A stretch of 64,000 nt of DNA from Yuukianura sp. NJ FZ-2021 (taxonomy: Eukaryota): contig CM102286.1 of NCBI GenBank assembly GCA_046563655.1, forward strand, positions 10,602,001 through 10,666,000. Reading direction: 5' to 3'. The stretch's first letter is position 1, and each line of letters begins with the position of its first letter. Shown here in pieces: positions 25,262-38,129 of the stretch. The notes beneath the pieces were generated by a model that saw nothing but the letters and a program-made list of their open reading frames with translations, was not told the DNA's origin and made no database searches. The translations under genes were made by a program, and so were the position numbers.

Positions 25262-27975
25262 GTTAGTTTGTTTGTTTGTTTATTTATTCTGAGAGTACCC
25301 TGTACAAACAGGCAATTACACCTCAGTCAATTCATCAGGCGAGTTTAAAATTAAAATTAAAGTTAAAGTTAAAATTAATGACAATAATGTTGTTAATAAG
25401 AGTGAAACAAAGGTAAAATTGTGAGTTTAGTCAAGAGAAGGATTCATCAAATTCGTTAGCAATTTGTGAATTTGTTAATTCAGTTTGTCTATGTAGAAAG
25501 AACTTAAAAAGATCAGATTTAGTTTTACAAGAAAGAGGATTTTTAAAATCGATGGTACTGAGTTCACTTGGTAGGGACAAAATAATATTTGACACTTTTG
25601 CAGCGAAGGAGTGTGGGTGAAAGGATTTACTGGCAGCAATGTAAGTGCCATTCCTTGTGGACATGGTGTTGCTTAGGCACTCAAGTACTTCTGAAATAAG
25701 GGGTTGAAAGTACGGAATGTTGTATCCGAAAATTTTAGAGAAAGTAAGAAGATGTTCTAATTTGTTGAGTTGAGACGGAATTAGCCATTTGAGATCTTCA
25801 TTAATCTTCACGCTCACGGGTTCCCTTTTATTCATTTGAAAAAATAAAGCGTGCGCATCTTCTGTGAAGGGCGTCGATGCATCTAAATTGTGATGACTTA
25901 CAATTTGACCAAATGATGAGCATGTAGCGAAGAACTGGAGTTACGTAAGAACTGATCATCAGTTTCCTATGTTTTTGATTCAAAAGATGCTGAATTGGGT
26001 ATAATGACCACAGTACACTATTGCACTTTTTTAGCACAGTGACGATATGTTCACACCAGGATAACGTGTTGTCGATTGTTAGGCCAAGAGACTTAAAGGA
26101 GGTTACACTTTCGATGATTGAGTCACGGATTCTGAGATGAATGGAACCAATTTTCTTAATTATTTTTTCTTTACCAGCCAGCATTATTTTAGCTTTGTCG
26201 ATGTGGAGCAAGGTTTCTATAGCAACGGAATAGTTGTTGCTTCATAAGGTTAAGCAATACCTCGGTTTTTATATTTTTCCTTCCAAAATTGCAAAAATGA
26301 AAACACGTCACGGCAAGACATTGACTCTGATTCACTCTGGGCGAAACTTGGGTGAAAAAAAAGTTTGGAGCGAGATTTTTGGAAAACAATACTTATTGCT
26401 TAACCTTATGAAGCAACCGTTGCTATAGAAACCTTGATGTGGAGGGCCATGTGGTTACAATGCATCCAATCATCAATTTGACAAATAAGAGCTTCAGCAC
26501 GTTGTATTAGGAGGCTAATTTTGTCAGGATGATCACCGATTACAATGTTGTTATCATCTGCGTACAGGATTGCTGAGCCGTCAACCAGAGAGTCCAGTAA
26601 GTCGTTCACCATAATTGCGAAAAGGAGTGGGCCAAGCACTGAACCTTGGGGAAAGGACAGAATCGTTTGGGATGATGATGAATGTTGATCATTTATTTTT
26701 ACACTTTGCGTTCGGTTGCATAGGTAGGATTCAAACCATTTTGGGTTAATGTTGTACCATTTCAATTTGTCAGTTAAAATTCCTTTGTCTACTGTATCGA
26801 ACGCTTTTCTTAGGTCCAGGGAGATCACCAAACACACTTCACCTCGATGCACATGTGAGTAGATTAATTGTGTGAGAGCAAGCTGAGCCATTGTGGTGGA
26901 GTAATGTTCCCGGAATCCGAATTGTGCACGGTGAAGAATAGAGTACTTGTTTAAGAATTCAGTTAGTTGTACGTGAGCAAATCTTTCTATCAGTTTTGCT
27001 AATGTAGGTTGAAGAGAAATTGGACGCGTCTCTGACGGGTGGGCTGGATTCGAGACTTTTGGCAGTGGTATAACAATTGAGTGTTTTAGGTCACATGGGA
27101 AAACACCGGAGGAGAAGCTGTCGTTAATTATCTTCATTATTTGATTACTAATAGAAGGAGCACCGACACTGTGGGCTAGGATCCAATTGGAAAGTCCAAA
27201 TTGGTCTTTACTTTTGGAATATTTATTCTTGACTCTTTTCCAGATTTTTGAAAATGTGAACGCATCGATTGGTTTTAAGTTGAACTGCTCGGACGGCGTA
27301 ATGGTGGATATTGGCTGTGGTGGATACAGAGTAGAAACAGTTTGAGGTGTCGTAATCGACGTGTAGTAGTCGTTGATTTGATTCACATTAAAAGGGAGTT
27401 GTCCAATCATGGATTTTTCTTTCGGCTTAATTTTCTGAATCGCTTTAAATGGACCAAGTTTCTCGATATCAAGATTTAAAGCATTTCTTCTGTCCTGAGT
27501 TACTGCAGATTTGATTTTCTTTTTAAGAAAATGCAATTGGTTCTTCTGTACATCGGATTTGGGATTGATTTTTAGAAGTTGATCCCGGGTTCGAATTAAC
27601 TTTTTCGTTTCATCAGATATAGTGAGTACTGCGCTGCGTGGGAAGACAGAAAGCGTTTTCACTTTCACTGTTTCATCAAAGTTGCATCTCAGTTTTTTCA
27701 TAAGTGTGAGTACTTGTGCATCTAGATTGTCCTGTTCATCATTGAATGAGGTAAAAATATTTTTGAGACAAAATTCCGCATAATCAAAATTTTTGTAATC
27801 GATGTACTTTACTTTCACTTTCTCCAGTTTCGGCTTTGCTAGGTTTACTGATATTTGTACTAAGTCATGATCAGAGACTCCAGGATCGGAAATGCACAAG
27901 TTAGTAACAGCTTCAGGAATACTTGTGAAAACTAGATCAAGTATGGAGTTGCCACGAGTAGGGTCAGTCACTAGT
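25262..27975 (-). mobile_element. 5'-truncated CR1/L2-group LINE (end of APE endonuclease plus RT), degenerate
   Basis: PTRGNSILDLVF...SDHDLV, RPISLQP, QFGFR, LDLRKAFDTV, PQGSVLGPLLF, YADD, FKSLGLTIDNTLSW; 3' AATAAA followed by an (AAAC)n tail. Confidence 0.88.
26209..26436. mobile_element. 228-bp MITE inserted in the LINE RT
   Basis: TIRs CAAGGTTTCTATAGCAACGG/CCGTTGCTATAGAAACCTTG; TSD ATGTGGAG at 26201-26208 and 26437-26444; removal rejoins HMALH-IDKAKIM. Confidence 0.93.
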
Positions 27976-28289
27976 TGATTGTAAATTTAGTTCTATCCAT
28001 GTAAATATGGAGGTGGAATGTTTGGGTCAATTTTTTTCACTGTTAGAGCTAGAATTTTGTAATTTTTTCCCAACAGGATACTAGGTCAAGTCTTTTCCTA
28101 AAGTTTGATATATTGTGGGTCATTGTGTGACCTTTCTACGCTGACACAGACCATTTCTCAATTTCAATGTCGCAGCGTCAGAAAAATTGTTGACAAAACC
28201 CAGACGACGACAGCCGAACTTGTGTCAGTATTTTGTTTGAAAGTGCATAACTTTTTTTTAATCATCTTTGCGCTAATCCTTTTTCACCA

Positions 28290-29890
28290 CTCATGAGCAG
28301 AGGGGCAAAACATATTTTTTTACATATCACATATTTTTATATTTTTAAAAAATATTTCGCCAAAAAAAAATATAAAAAATATTTAGCAAAATATTCTCCG
28401 AATTTGACAAAAAATGAGGTATTTTCGGCGAATTTTGGACGATTTTATGGCATTTCAAGCCAATTTTCCGCCTATTGACGTTCGACCACTGAGTAGACTA
28501 ATGTCAAGACATTTCACGTAAGATTTTCCACAATCAGCAATCCATGGTATGAAGGGATGGGATAAGAGTAGCAAAATTATTTTACATTTCGCGCTTTCGA
28601 AGCTTATTTTACATTTCGCGCTTTCGAAGCAATTCCTCTGACTAAAGATCACCCTTTTCGCGCATTACGTTTAGGGGTCGCAAAGTCGAACGAAATCTCA
28701 AAGTCCACTTTCGACTCTGGGAATTGAGTTTCGACTCTAGAGTCGACTTTGAACCTTCAATAGAGTGCCCCGAAAGAAAACTAAAAATCACATTCCAAAT
28801 CCGCATGATTTTCAAAAATACACGGATTTCGGATTTTTGCGGACCAAATATGGTTTCTGATCCGGATTTTTCATGCATAATTTCGTGATCCGGAAAAACA
28901 CTCATGCATAATTTTTTATATATATTTTTTAAATATTTTTTTTAGTTAGCAACAAAAGGTGGGGTTTAAACACCGAAATGAAAATGTTGATTAATGGGTT
29001 AAGACTATTCAAATATCTGCACGAAAACTGGGAAAACTTAAGAAATTCTTTTTGTTTAAATCTGTTTTTTTTAAATGCACATTTCGAATTTCGATATGTT
29101 GAATATGGTTTCTAGAATTTGTCTATGGTGCGAACATAATTCGCAGGTTCATTAAAAATTGCCACAAGTACCGTCAATGCCTTAAACTAAACTCAAATCC
29201 GGGTTCAAAATTTTCAAACCCGGATGTATTCATCATATTGCGAATACCCCGAAAAGGAAAATAACTAATTTGTTTTCAATTAAATGATTTACAGTGCTTA
29301 GCTTAGGCATTAAGTTGCATGTCGCTTTCCTAGGCTCAAATTACCTCATTTTTTAAGGCAAAGTCGAATTTCGAAAGTTGTAAAGTCGACTTTCGACTTT
29401 CCAAAAAATGGTCAAAGAATCGACTTCGACTTTACTCGAAAAGTCGACTTTGCGACCCCTAATTACGTTATGTACTTTAATGCGCGAAAAAATTTTTTAT
29501 TGCAATAACTTATTTCACTAAAATTTTAAAAGCGCGAAATCGCCTAAAACCTACAAAAAATCGTACGCGTAAAAACCCTACGCTTGCTTAAACAAATTTA
29601 CGTTTAAACGCCAATTGCAGAAAAAACGTAAGCGAAAGATGGGTCAGTGTACGCTTGCACTAATGTATGCTTAGAATCCTCTTAAGAGACGTTTGTAAGC
29701 GTTTCCAATAGGAATAGGTGTTCTTAATACTTGCATCCAGGGTACAGTTGGGTAGTAATTTCTAGGAAATTAACTAAATATATCCTAAAATAAAAAATAT
29801 GTTAGTAAATATTTCACCGATTTTTAGTACATATTTAAATACATATTTCACTGGTTTTAACAACATATGTTTTGCCGTTCTGCTCATGAG
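28290..29890. mobile_element. Non-autonomous TIR element
   Basis: CTCATGAGCAGAGGGGCAAAACATAT vs ATATGTTTTGCCGTTCTGCTCATGAG; TSD not resolved. Confidence 0.7.
28672..29461. mobile_element. hAT-like MITE nested in the previous element
   Basis: TIRs TAGGGGTCGCAAAGTCGA/TCGACTTTGCGACCCCTA; TSD ATTACGTT at 28664-28671 and 29462-29469. Confidence 0.92.
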
Positions 29891-30534
29891 GGTGTTTCTT
29901 TTTGTCGATGTCTGCAACTTTTACTAACTGCACAAGCTTGGTTATCGTGGTTACTACATTTAACGATTATTGTTTATCAGACGCATACCACACGTCCCTA
30001 ACACTCAATGCTGACACGCGAAACCTACGTTTGGTCGTGGACTTAATATTTTTTCAGAATTCTTATAGTGTGATGCCAAGTTCGAGGCCAGGTCAAAGTC
30101 AAGCTAAGTCCCATGGTATCGTCATGGAATGGTCATTTCCAGGTAATAGTCTTAGCCTTTCGAACTGTGCACAAAATATTAACGTAAGTGATTATAAGAC
30201 ATGCTCTTTATGTAAAATGCTAGGAAAAATGTTAATGCAAATATTTACAAAGTCCGAAAATCTCAAGGTTTGAGTTTCGGGAATTCAATGTAAATACCGT
30301 GGGCGAGAATTGCCTCATGCCAAAAGTGCCATGAAACGTCTGTATAATTCAGCTTTTATTTATTATTTTATTTATTATTTATTTATAATCAGCTTTTATT
30401 TTGTGTTTTAAACTTTGCGTTAGTAGTAAGACAATTTCAAAATGAGTTTTACTATAAAATTGGCATTTTTCTTACCACTCTTTTCCATGTATTTTATCTT
30501 TTTCTTTGACAAACGAGAGCTAATGGTAGAAAAT

Positions 30535-33500
30535 TTAAATAAACACTTGAATCTTTTCAATGATTGTAGAGTCCATACAAGCATTGCTTGCTAGTATTAA
30601 CTTCTGGCACGCTTCGGACTGAGCAGAAATTTCACAGAAATTGTGAACTACATTGGATTTTTTCAAACCCAAATTGTGAATATGGCGCCAAACTTCTGTA
30701 CAAAACTTCATTTCCGCAGGTTCTTGACGATGGATTGACGACAACACTGCGTCAACTGTAGTTTCGTAAAGCTCAAGCCCTTCCAACTCCAAGATTCGTC
30801 TGCCGTATTCATTAATCAACCAAACCGTAGTTCTCTTTTCTGTTGATTTTCCTAATGCGTAAGTACAACTTTAAAGTTACCGGTTCCGGAAAGTATAAAA
30901 TTCGGTTGAAACCAATTGGAAGGCTAAACAAATCCTCACTATTTTTTTCTTCGGCACTTAGCGTAATAAAGTTTGCAAAACTTTGGGTTTGAAGCAGTGC
31001 ATCAATAATTGTCGGGTGACAAACGTAGTGTTCAGATGCGCCATTTTCTGACGCAATTTCAGTCAAAACTTCTCCAGTCTCTGAAGCCCAACATGCCTTG
31101 ATTGTTCGAAATTCCGGACCAAATACTATTCCAGCTCCAGCAATTTGTGCATAACGGGCATCTATTTCTTGTTGTGGTTTTTGCTGGCAACGACCCTTGA
31201 CCTCGTCAATATCAATTTGAAATTTTTCAGGTACTTTAAATGTCGAAGCAAATGTTGTGGATATGTTTCGTTTGAAAAGACCGTCTTTATACTTTTTGAA
31301 AATTTGTATGTCGTATGACAGTCCATTTTCAGATTCAACTTGTACTGTAGTTGTGTACAGCTCAGCTCCAGTGGCGATGTCTAACGCAGCGGCAATTCTA
31401 AAATTCGTCAGGATCAAAGGGCATTTAAGGGTTCCGCCATCTTGTAAAATTTTACTAGCAGCGGCAAATGCTGTTTCTATGAATGCTGCTGCAGGATAGA
31501 CTGTCAGGCCTGCAACTTTGTGGTCTCCGAAATACGGAAATTCCTTGACACGAAAAAATTGGCGAAAGTTTGAATCTGTGTTGGCGTCGAAATTTCGCAT
31601 CCCAGAAGTGGATGAAGTTTTTCTCACTGATAATTATTTCTGTAGTTGAATGTGTCTGACATGTCGCCTCCTGTGTCATTGTCGCCTTTTCCCACCCAGT
31701 ACGACACTTTCTGGAAGGGATACTTCGGAATTTGAAGATGCCGAATTCTGATAGGCGTTTGGCCTTTCCAGTTAATGTTGTGACCTCTCAAGTACAGTTT
31801 GATCAGTGAATCGTGAAAAGTTAGGTTTGACTCATCGTAACGTCTAGCTGTGGGTGCTAAACATAGATCTGCAGCCGATGTAGCTGGCGTTTGAATATGT
31901 AAAACCAGAAAGTACAGGACTCGGACAAGCTTCTACGAAAGTTTTGTATCCGCCCTCCAGCAACATTTGAATTGCGCGGGAAAATTGAACGGGGTGTCGT
32001 AAGTGCTGTTGCCAATACCCCGAATCAAAGTCGATCCCATTCTCCATAACTTTTGTTTTTGTAGCCGAAGTATACTTGACCGTTGGATTACCACACTTTA
32101 AAAAGTATCCAGCGTTACACCAAAAGCTTCCAAAATCGTTTCCACTTGGCGGGAATGAAATGGGTGGCTACTTGAAACGGCAAAACTATCAACGTTCCGT
32201 TTGGCCCAAAATTGATGGAATTGGGCAATTGTTTCAACTGGGCCAGATACAACAATTTCGGAAGCAGAATTTATAGCTGCTACGTCAATCCAACCATTTT
32301 CGTTCAGTTTTAGAAAATTTTCAATCACTGATTTACAATTTTCCTCTGAAGTGGCGATAGCCAACATCGAGCCTTTTTCAAGTTCTTCCACCAATCGGCT
32401 TCTCGCAATGATCAGTTTCAGACCATCTTCTAGTGATAAGACATTAGCAACGATTGTCGCAGGAATCTCACCCAAGCTGTGCCCAATCACAGCTTGAGGA
32501 ATTAGCCCAAAAGATTTCCATAGGTGCGTTAAAGCATATTCCACTGCAACTAGCGCTTGTTGACAGTAGAGTGTTCTGTTCAGAAGTTGCGGAATTCCCA
32601 CAATACTTCGGAAAGTTTAGCGCCATGGTACGGTTCGAAAACTTCATTTGCTTCGTTTAGAGAATTTTCAAAAACTGGGAACGTTGCCGCAAGATTTCGA
32701 AGCATTCCAGGATATTGGGAACCTTGACCAGGGAACAGAAAGGCAATTGGTTGATTGGATGTTTAACTTTTGGCGTAAGCCCAATCTTGGTTATGTAATT
32801 TTTGCAGCAATTCATCAGTTGAAGATGCAGTCAGCGCAATTCTGTGCGTAAAATGTGCTCGTGAAACGTTCGTCGCGTATGCAAAGTCTTCCAGACTTAC
32901 ATCCGAATTGGTTTTTAAGTAATCGATGTATGAATTTGTCAACGCAGCTAAGCTGTCTTTGGATTTGGCGGAAATTGTGATGACAAGACGCCGAGCCGCC
33001 TTTTCAACAGATTTTGGACCGTCAGTTTTAAATTTTGGCGGTTCTTGCAGGATAACATGGACGTTGGTTGCACTCATACTGAAGGAACTGACGGCACAAA
33101 TTTTGTCTTCAGTTGTCCAGGGTGTCAGTTGCGTTGGAATAATGGCGGGAATCAAATCCAGGTTGATATAGGAATTCAATTTCTTCAAATTCAAATGTGG
33201 CGGTAACATTTGATTTTTCATGCAAAGAATTGCTTTGATCAGACCAGCAATTCCTGCAGCAGCCTCGCAGTGGCCAATGTTTGTTTTTACCGAACTTATA
33301 TACAACGGCAATTTCCGATTTTTAGAGTAAACACGTCGAATTGCTTCCATTTCAATTGGGTCGCCTATGCACGGTTAAAAGTCAACGTTAATGAAAAATT
33401 CATAATATTATTTGCAGTATAACTTTCGGAAGTTACCAATTGGAGTTCCTGTTCCATGTGCTTCAATAAACGATACTTGGTGCGGGAGGATACCGACCCT

Positions 33501-35094
33501 TTGTAAGGCGTCCTCGTAAACCAGCGCCTGTGCATTAGCATTTGGTGTTCCAAAACTTCCACTTCCATCATTGTTCATTGCACTGCCGCGCGCAACAGTC
33601 AAAATAGTGTCTCTTGCAATCACTGCGTCTTCGTAGAGTTTGAGAATCAAAATACCACACTCTTCAGCCCTACAAAGACCAATCGCATAAGCGTTTCATC
33701 TTCAAAAAAAAATTTTTTATGGACTGGTGTTATGCGTCTAGTCAATAATAATCGTTAGATTTAGGAACCACGATAAACGAACTTGCGCAGTTAGTAAAAG
33801 TTGCAGACATCGACAAAGATATCAAACAAAAAACGTCGAAAGCGCAATGATGTACAAACAAAATTATGAACTTTCCGACATGAGTTCGGTTCAAGTGGAT
33901 TTTGTTAACAATTTTTCTGATACTGCCACATCGAAAGTGAAAAATGGTTTGGCTCAGCGCAAAAAGGTCGTGCAATGACCCACAGTATACCAAAATTTAG
34001 GAACACGCTTGATCAATTATCACAACAAAAAAATTACAAAATTTTCAAGGCTGGTAACCAATTAGATTGTTGATTTCTACAACAGGTTATTCATTAACGT
34101 TTCTACGTTTTTTGCGAGAATTTTCAAAAATTAAATAATTTGCTATACCTGACAAATCCGTTGGCAGATTCATCAAATGTTTTGCATTTGAAATCTTTGG
34201 AAAGTACAATTGAGTCAGACTGGGTTTCTGCATATTCGGCTGTGAATGGATTTGCACCAATCAGAACCAAGTTCACTCCACCCGCAATTGCCAGTGATGC
34301 TTCTCCGCGTCGAAGACTTTCACAAGCTAAATGAAAAGCAGCAAGCGACGAGGAGCAACCAGATTCTACCGGTAGCGCAGGTCCTATTTTACACATATTC
34401 AGATTTTCGGAATTATAATTCAATTACAACGAAAAGTGAAATCTCTTTTTTACCATGAAGGCCCAAAAAATTTGAAACTCTCGACGCTGTTGCACTGAAA
34501 GCGTTTCCAAGGTAACGGTGAAAAACGTCGCTCACATCCCGTGCAAAAGTGTGCAAAATTCTGTCGTAGTCTGGTTGCCAAAGGCCCACAAAAACTCCGG
34601 TGCGGGACTCTTTCAAGCTCTGTGGGTTAATTCCCGCATCCTCCATACTCTCCCACGTGATCTCTAGAAGTAGGTTGTTGGGGGTATTGTTGGGGGTCAA
34701 TAAGAAGAGCTTCGCGCGGACTGATGCCAAAAAACTAAGCGTCGAATTCGTCTACCTTGCATTTTAAAAAACCCGCGTGAATGTCCGAACCTGAACAAAA
34801 CTGACCGTCAGCTTCTCGTGGTCTTTCTTTGGGGAATGGACGAATTGCGTCTTCACCGCTGCACAAAACGTCCCAAAATTCCGCTGGATTGTTGGCTCCA
34901 GGGAATCGACAACTCATCCGAACAACGGCAACTGCATCACGCGGGATTTTCAAATTATCATCATCCTTTGATTTACTATTGAGGCGCTTGAGCACTTCAC
35001 AACTTTTGCACAAAGCCAAATTCTGGGAATATCCAAAAAAACAAACATTTTTTTTAATCATTTTGGAATACAGTGACACTCCCCTGATTGACAA
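30535..35094 (-). pseudogene. Type I polyketide synthase (KS-AT-DH), intron-containing, with multiple stops and frameshifts
   Basis: KS: AVVRMSCRFPGA, FDA*FFGISPREALLIDPQQ, ESGCSSSLAAFHLAC, EAHGTGTPIGDPIE, KTNIGHCEAAAG. AT: GHSLGE, HPFHS. DH: DHKVAGLTVYP, HPTIIDALLQ. GT-AG introns at 34453-34384, 34148-33670 and 33436-33365 restore the KS frame. Confidence 0.93.
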
Positions 35095-35659
35095 ATAGCA
35101 TTATGTGTAAAAGCATAATCTCAATTCCGACTGGGGCTCCTTTGCGTCAACAAACCGTGAAACATTTTTCAAAAACGCTTCAGAATATACCGTAATTGTC
35201 TAAAAATTAATTTGTTTTCATTACTGATGTAAAGATAACTAATTTTATTAAACTTGAAATTATGAACAAGTCCGTTGTATTAAATATTATAATATGTGAT
35301 AAGGTTACCTGCGTCACAAGTTGATCAACGTCATCTATTGCCGCCAAGCATTCAATACCCGCCGTTATTGCCAAAATTCTATTTTTCAAAAGTTGGCGTA
35401 AAATTAAAAAACAAACAAACTCCCATCTAACACTTACCGCTGTAAATTTTGGTCGCTGCTTAAAAAGCTTTTCCTTACGCTTCCGTTTGCACATCGGTAA
35501 AATGCTATCGGGACCGTTAAACGTGCTAGCAATAACAAAGAATTATCACAAAAAAAATTAATTGGTTTTTAATTTTCGATTACAAGCTTCAGAATGACGT
35601 TCAATAAGCGATTGACGTCATATTTGGGTGCTCCATCAAAATTCCAAACGGCTCACTTA

Positions 35660-36279
35660 TGCCTTCAAAAACAAAATCCACGTTCCGAAACGCCTACAAA
35701 ATGGAAGGTTATAAATTATTAATATTATTTGAATGATAGAAATTGTTGAATGCTACAATATAAAATATGAACTATAACGTACCAATTATTACATTAAAAG
35801 CGTCACGTACTTACATGAGTTTTTGATTCCAAAAAGTACAATTTTTTGAAGCAAGTAATTTGCCACAAAATGTTTGATCCCAATTCCTGGATGTATCGAT
35901 TTTTAGCATCAAAAATGTTCTGTGTTTGAAACGCATCAATTTCCAAGGTGAAGTCGAAAACTTTCTTCAAAAGAATTCTTCAAAAATTGAATTTTTATGT
36001 TTCAAATTTTAATATTTTGTGATCGAAGAGAAGTGAACAAATAAGAAATTTATGTTAAGAAATTTATATTTGGTCGGCCATTTTCTGTAAAAATTATACT
36101 TTTGAGCTTTCAACTCTCCAAGTAACTTACATCAATTTTGTGTCCAGTGTGTTTTTAACCAAAATTGTCAATTTCTTTGAAGTGTGCGTCATTTCCAAAG
36201 CTTCTGCCAGATTTATAGCCTCTACTACCTCTAGGTCTGTGGTGGCTATAGCAAGCCAAGATTCCATTGTAGCTTCCAT
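35660..36279 (-). CDS. Glycogenin/GT8-like N-terminal exons, probably the 5' end of the PKS gene
   Basis: Exons 36279-36131, 35977-35815 and from 35693 splice in frame: MESWLAIATTDLEVVEAINLAEALEMTHTSKKLTILVK...LKKVFDFTLEIDAF...LWQITCFKKLYFLESKTH-AFRNVDFVF, collinear with the glycogenin N-terminus. Confidence 0.68.
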
Positions 36280-37072
36280 TTTCAAATTCAGAAAAAGTCG
36301 GGTTTCTTCCTCTTTTGTTTTACTCAAAGTTAAAACAGAAATTCCTTAAATTTGTCATGGTTTGGTAGAAAGTGAAAGTTGAAAGTGAACTAAACTAACC
36401 TAACCAAAATGGATTTGTATTTTGTATATATACCCAAAATCAGTCGAAATCTTTGAATCCAATCTTAGTATAGCTTTAATTTAATTAATGTATAACGTTT
36501 TATTCGTAAGTCATTTTAATAGGAAAGCCTGGAAAATTTTCAGAACAACAGTTCTCACACTTGAAAAAACAATAATTTTGTTTATTAAGTAGCGAAACTA
36601 CTTTATACCAGTATTTTTGCCCGTCAAGCGTTTTATGTTTTGTGCATAGCGCAAAGCATTGTCCTCGCTTTTTCCGTCTTGACATAGACGAAACAACTGT
36701 AAAATAATGAAAACATTAACGATTATTTCGGAAACTAATGGACCGATTTAGATCCGGTTTTTCCTGTCAACATTTCATGACCAGGACCTGTTCATTACTG
36801 AATTTCATCCGTTCCGAATCCGAAAAAGTTTGTATGTGGGTTTCTCCTAACCTTGACTTCGATAATTCTAAAAAAAAGAATATTTTTCGCTTTCAACGTT
36901 TGAATTTCTGGGAACTCAGTTTTGAATATTTAATAAAAGTAAATTTTTAGTTGAGAATGGACAATAGGTACACGAAGCGTACCATTCAAAAAAATTTATT
37001 GAGTAAAGTAGGGCTCCGAGAGCGTAAAACTGTTTCTCATTATTAAACAAAAAATATGGTACAAAATATTAA

Positions 37073-38018
37073 TTTTAGTCTTCTGGAGACGCACGTCTAC
37101 GACGTGCTGAAGAAGACTATTGATACGACTTTGTCCGTCCGTCTGTCACATTTTTTAGGATACTTTACACTGAAACATAAGCCCCAATTTGTTCGGGGGG
37201 TTATGTTTGGCTCAAGTGTTTTCATTAGGTCTACATTGCACTAAAATTGTAGAATTAACAGCGTAGAAATGGGCGGCCACGTTACGCACACGCAGTGTAG
37301 TCGTTTCCCGAAAACATTTTGGTTTCGATTACACTCAAAATATATTTAAACAACGAAGTTTTGACCCTGTCATTTGCTGACAGTATGTCTATTCACATTG
37401 TTAATTTAAGCCTAGTTAGAGGGTAGAAAATCCGGCTTAAATGTTTAATAGTGAATAGTGAATGAAAGGGGTCAAATTTGCATTCACAAGTCAATTTTTA
37501 TGATTTGAATTTTAAAGAAACGATATTCGACTCCTACCCCACAACGTACAATTTGGTGCATGATGCACACAATTGAAGGTTTGTGCAGGTTTGAGAACTA
37601 CATTGAGCATTGCCATGACAACATCGACAATACATTATGTGCATCTTCCTCAAAAAATTAAGAGCATCAATCAAGAACGATACCCGACCCCTTCTCCTAA
37701 GCGTTCAATTTTGTGCATTTGGTGCACAACAAATTAACTACATCAATTCAGTGCAGTGAGTTTTCGGCCTCAAAACTTTAACATGATTTTGGTTCAATTA
37801 AACGGTAAGATTGCCAAGACAAATTTGGTGCAACTCATGCACAAAGTAGTGTCTCACATTCGCACTAAAAATTTTCAGTGACGTTTTAAAGCTTCAATTA
37901 CATGAATACGGTTTCTCAGTTCGTCCAGTTTTGCGGTAGGCCGGTCTAAATGTCGTATCAATTGTCAACTCCCTCCAGAAGACCTATGCTCAACCCTTGA
38001 GCATCGCCCTACCTTGTT
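37073..38018 (+). mobile_element. DINE-1/HINE-like non-autonomous Helentron
   Basis: T run, 5' sub-TIR GTCTTCTGGAG, GTCCGTCCGTCTGTC microsatellite, 3' sub-TIR CTCCAGAAGAC, terminal stem-loop ATGCTCAA-ccc-TTGAGCAT, ending in a T-rich site. Confidence 0.78.
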
Positions 38019-38129
38019 TAAATTAAGTCTTGCTATTTTCGCGGGAGATCCAAAGCCGATTATTCAAATGCTTGTGCAAATATTGAAATAAAAGCAAAAA
38101 CGGTTTCTTTTGGATAAAATTTAGTTATT

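Larger units (their letters stand above)
28057..29980 (+). repeat. Dispersed repeat family member (opposite-orientation copies at ~25150-25258 and ~33742-34045), split by nested insertions
   Basis: 28057-28200 is the reverse complement of 25150-25258 and 33900-34045; 29895-29975 is the reverse complement of 33742-33820. Confidence 0.7.

Noticed and set aside
30535..35094. Bacterial contamination as the source of the PKS
   Set aside because: It has frame-restoring GT-AG introns, a host repeat inside one intron, and is contiguous with animal genes.
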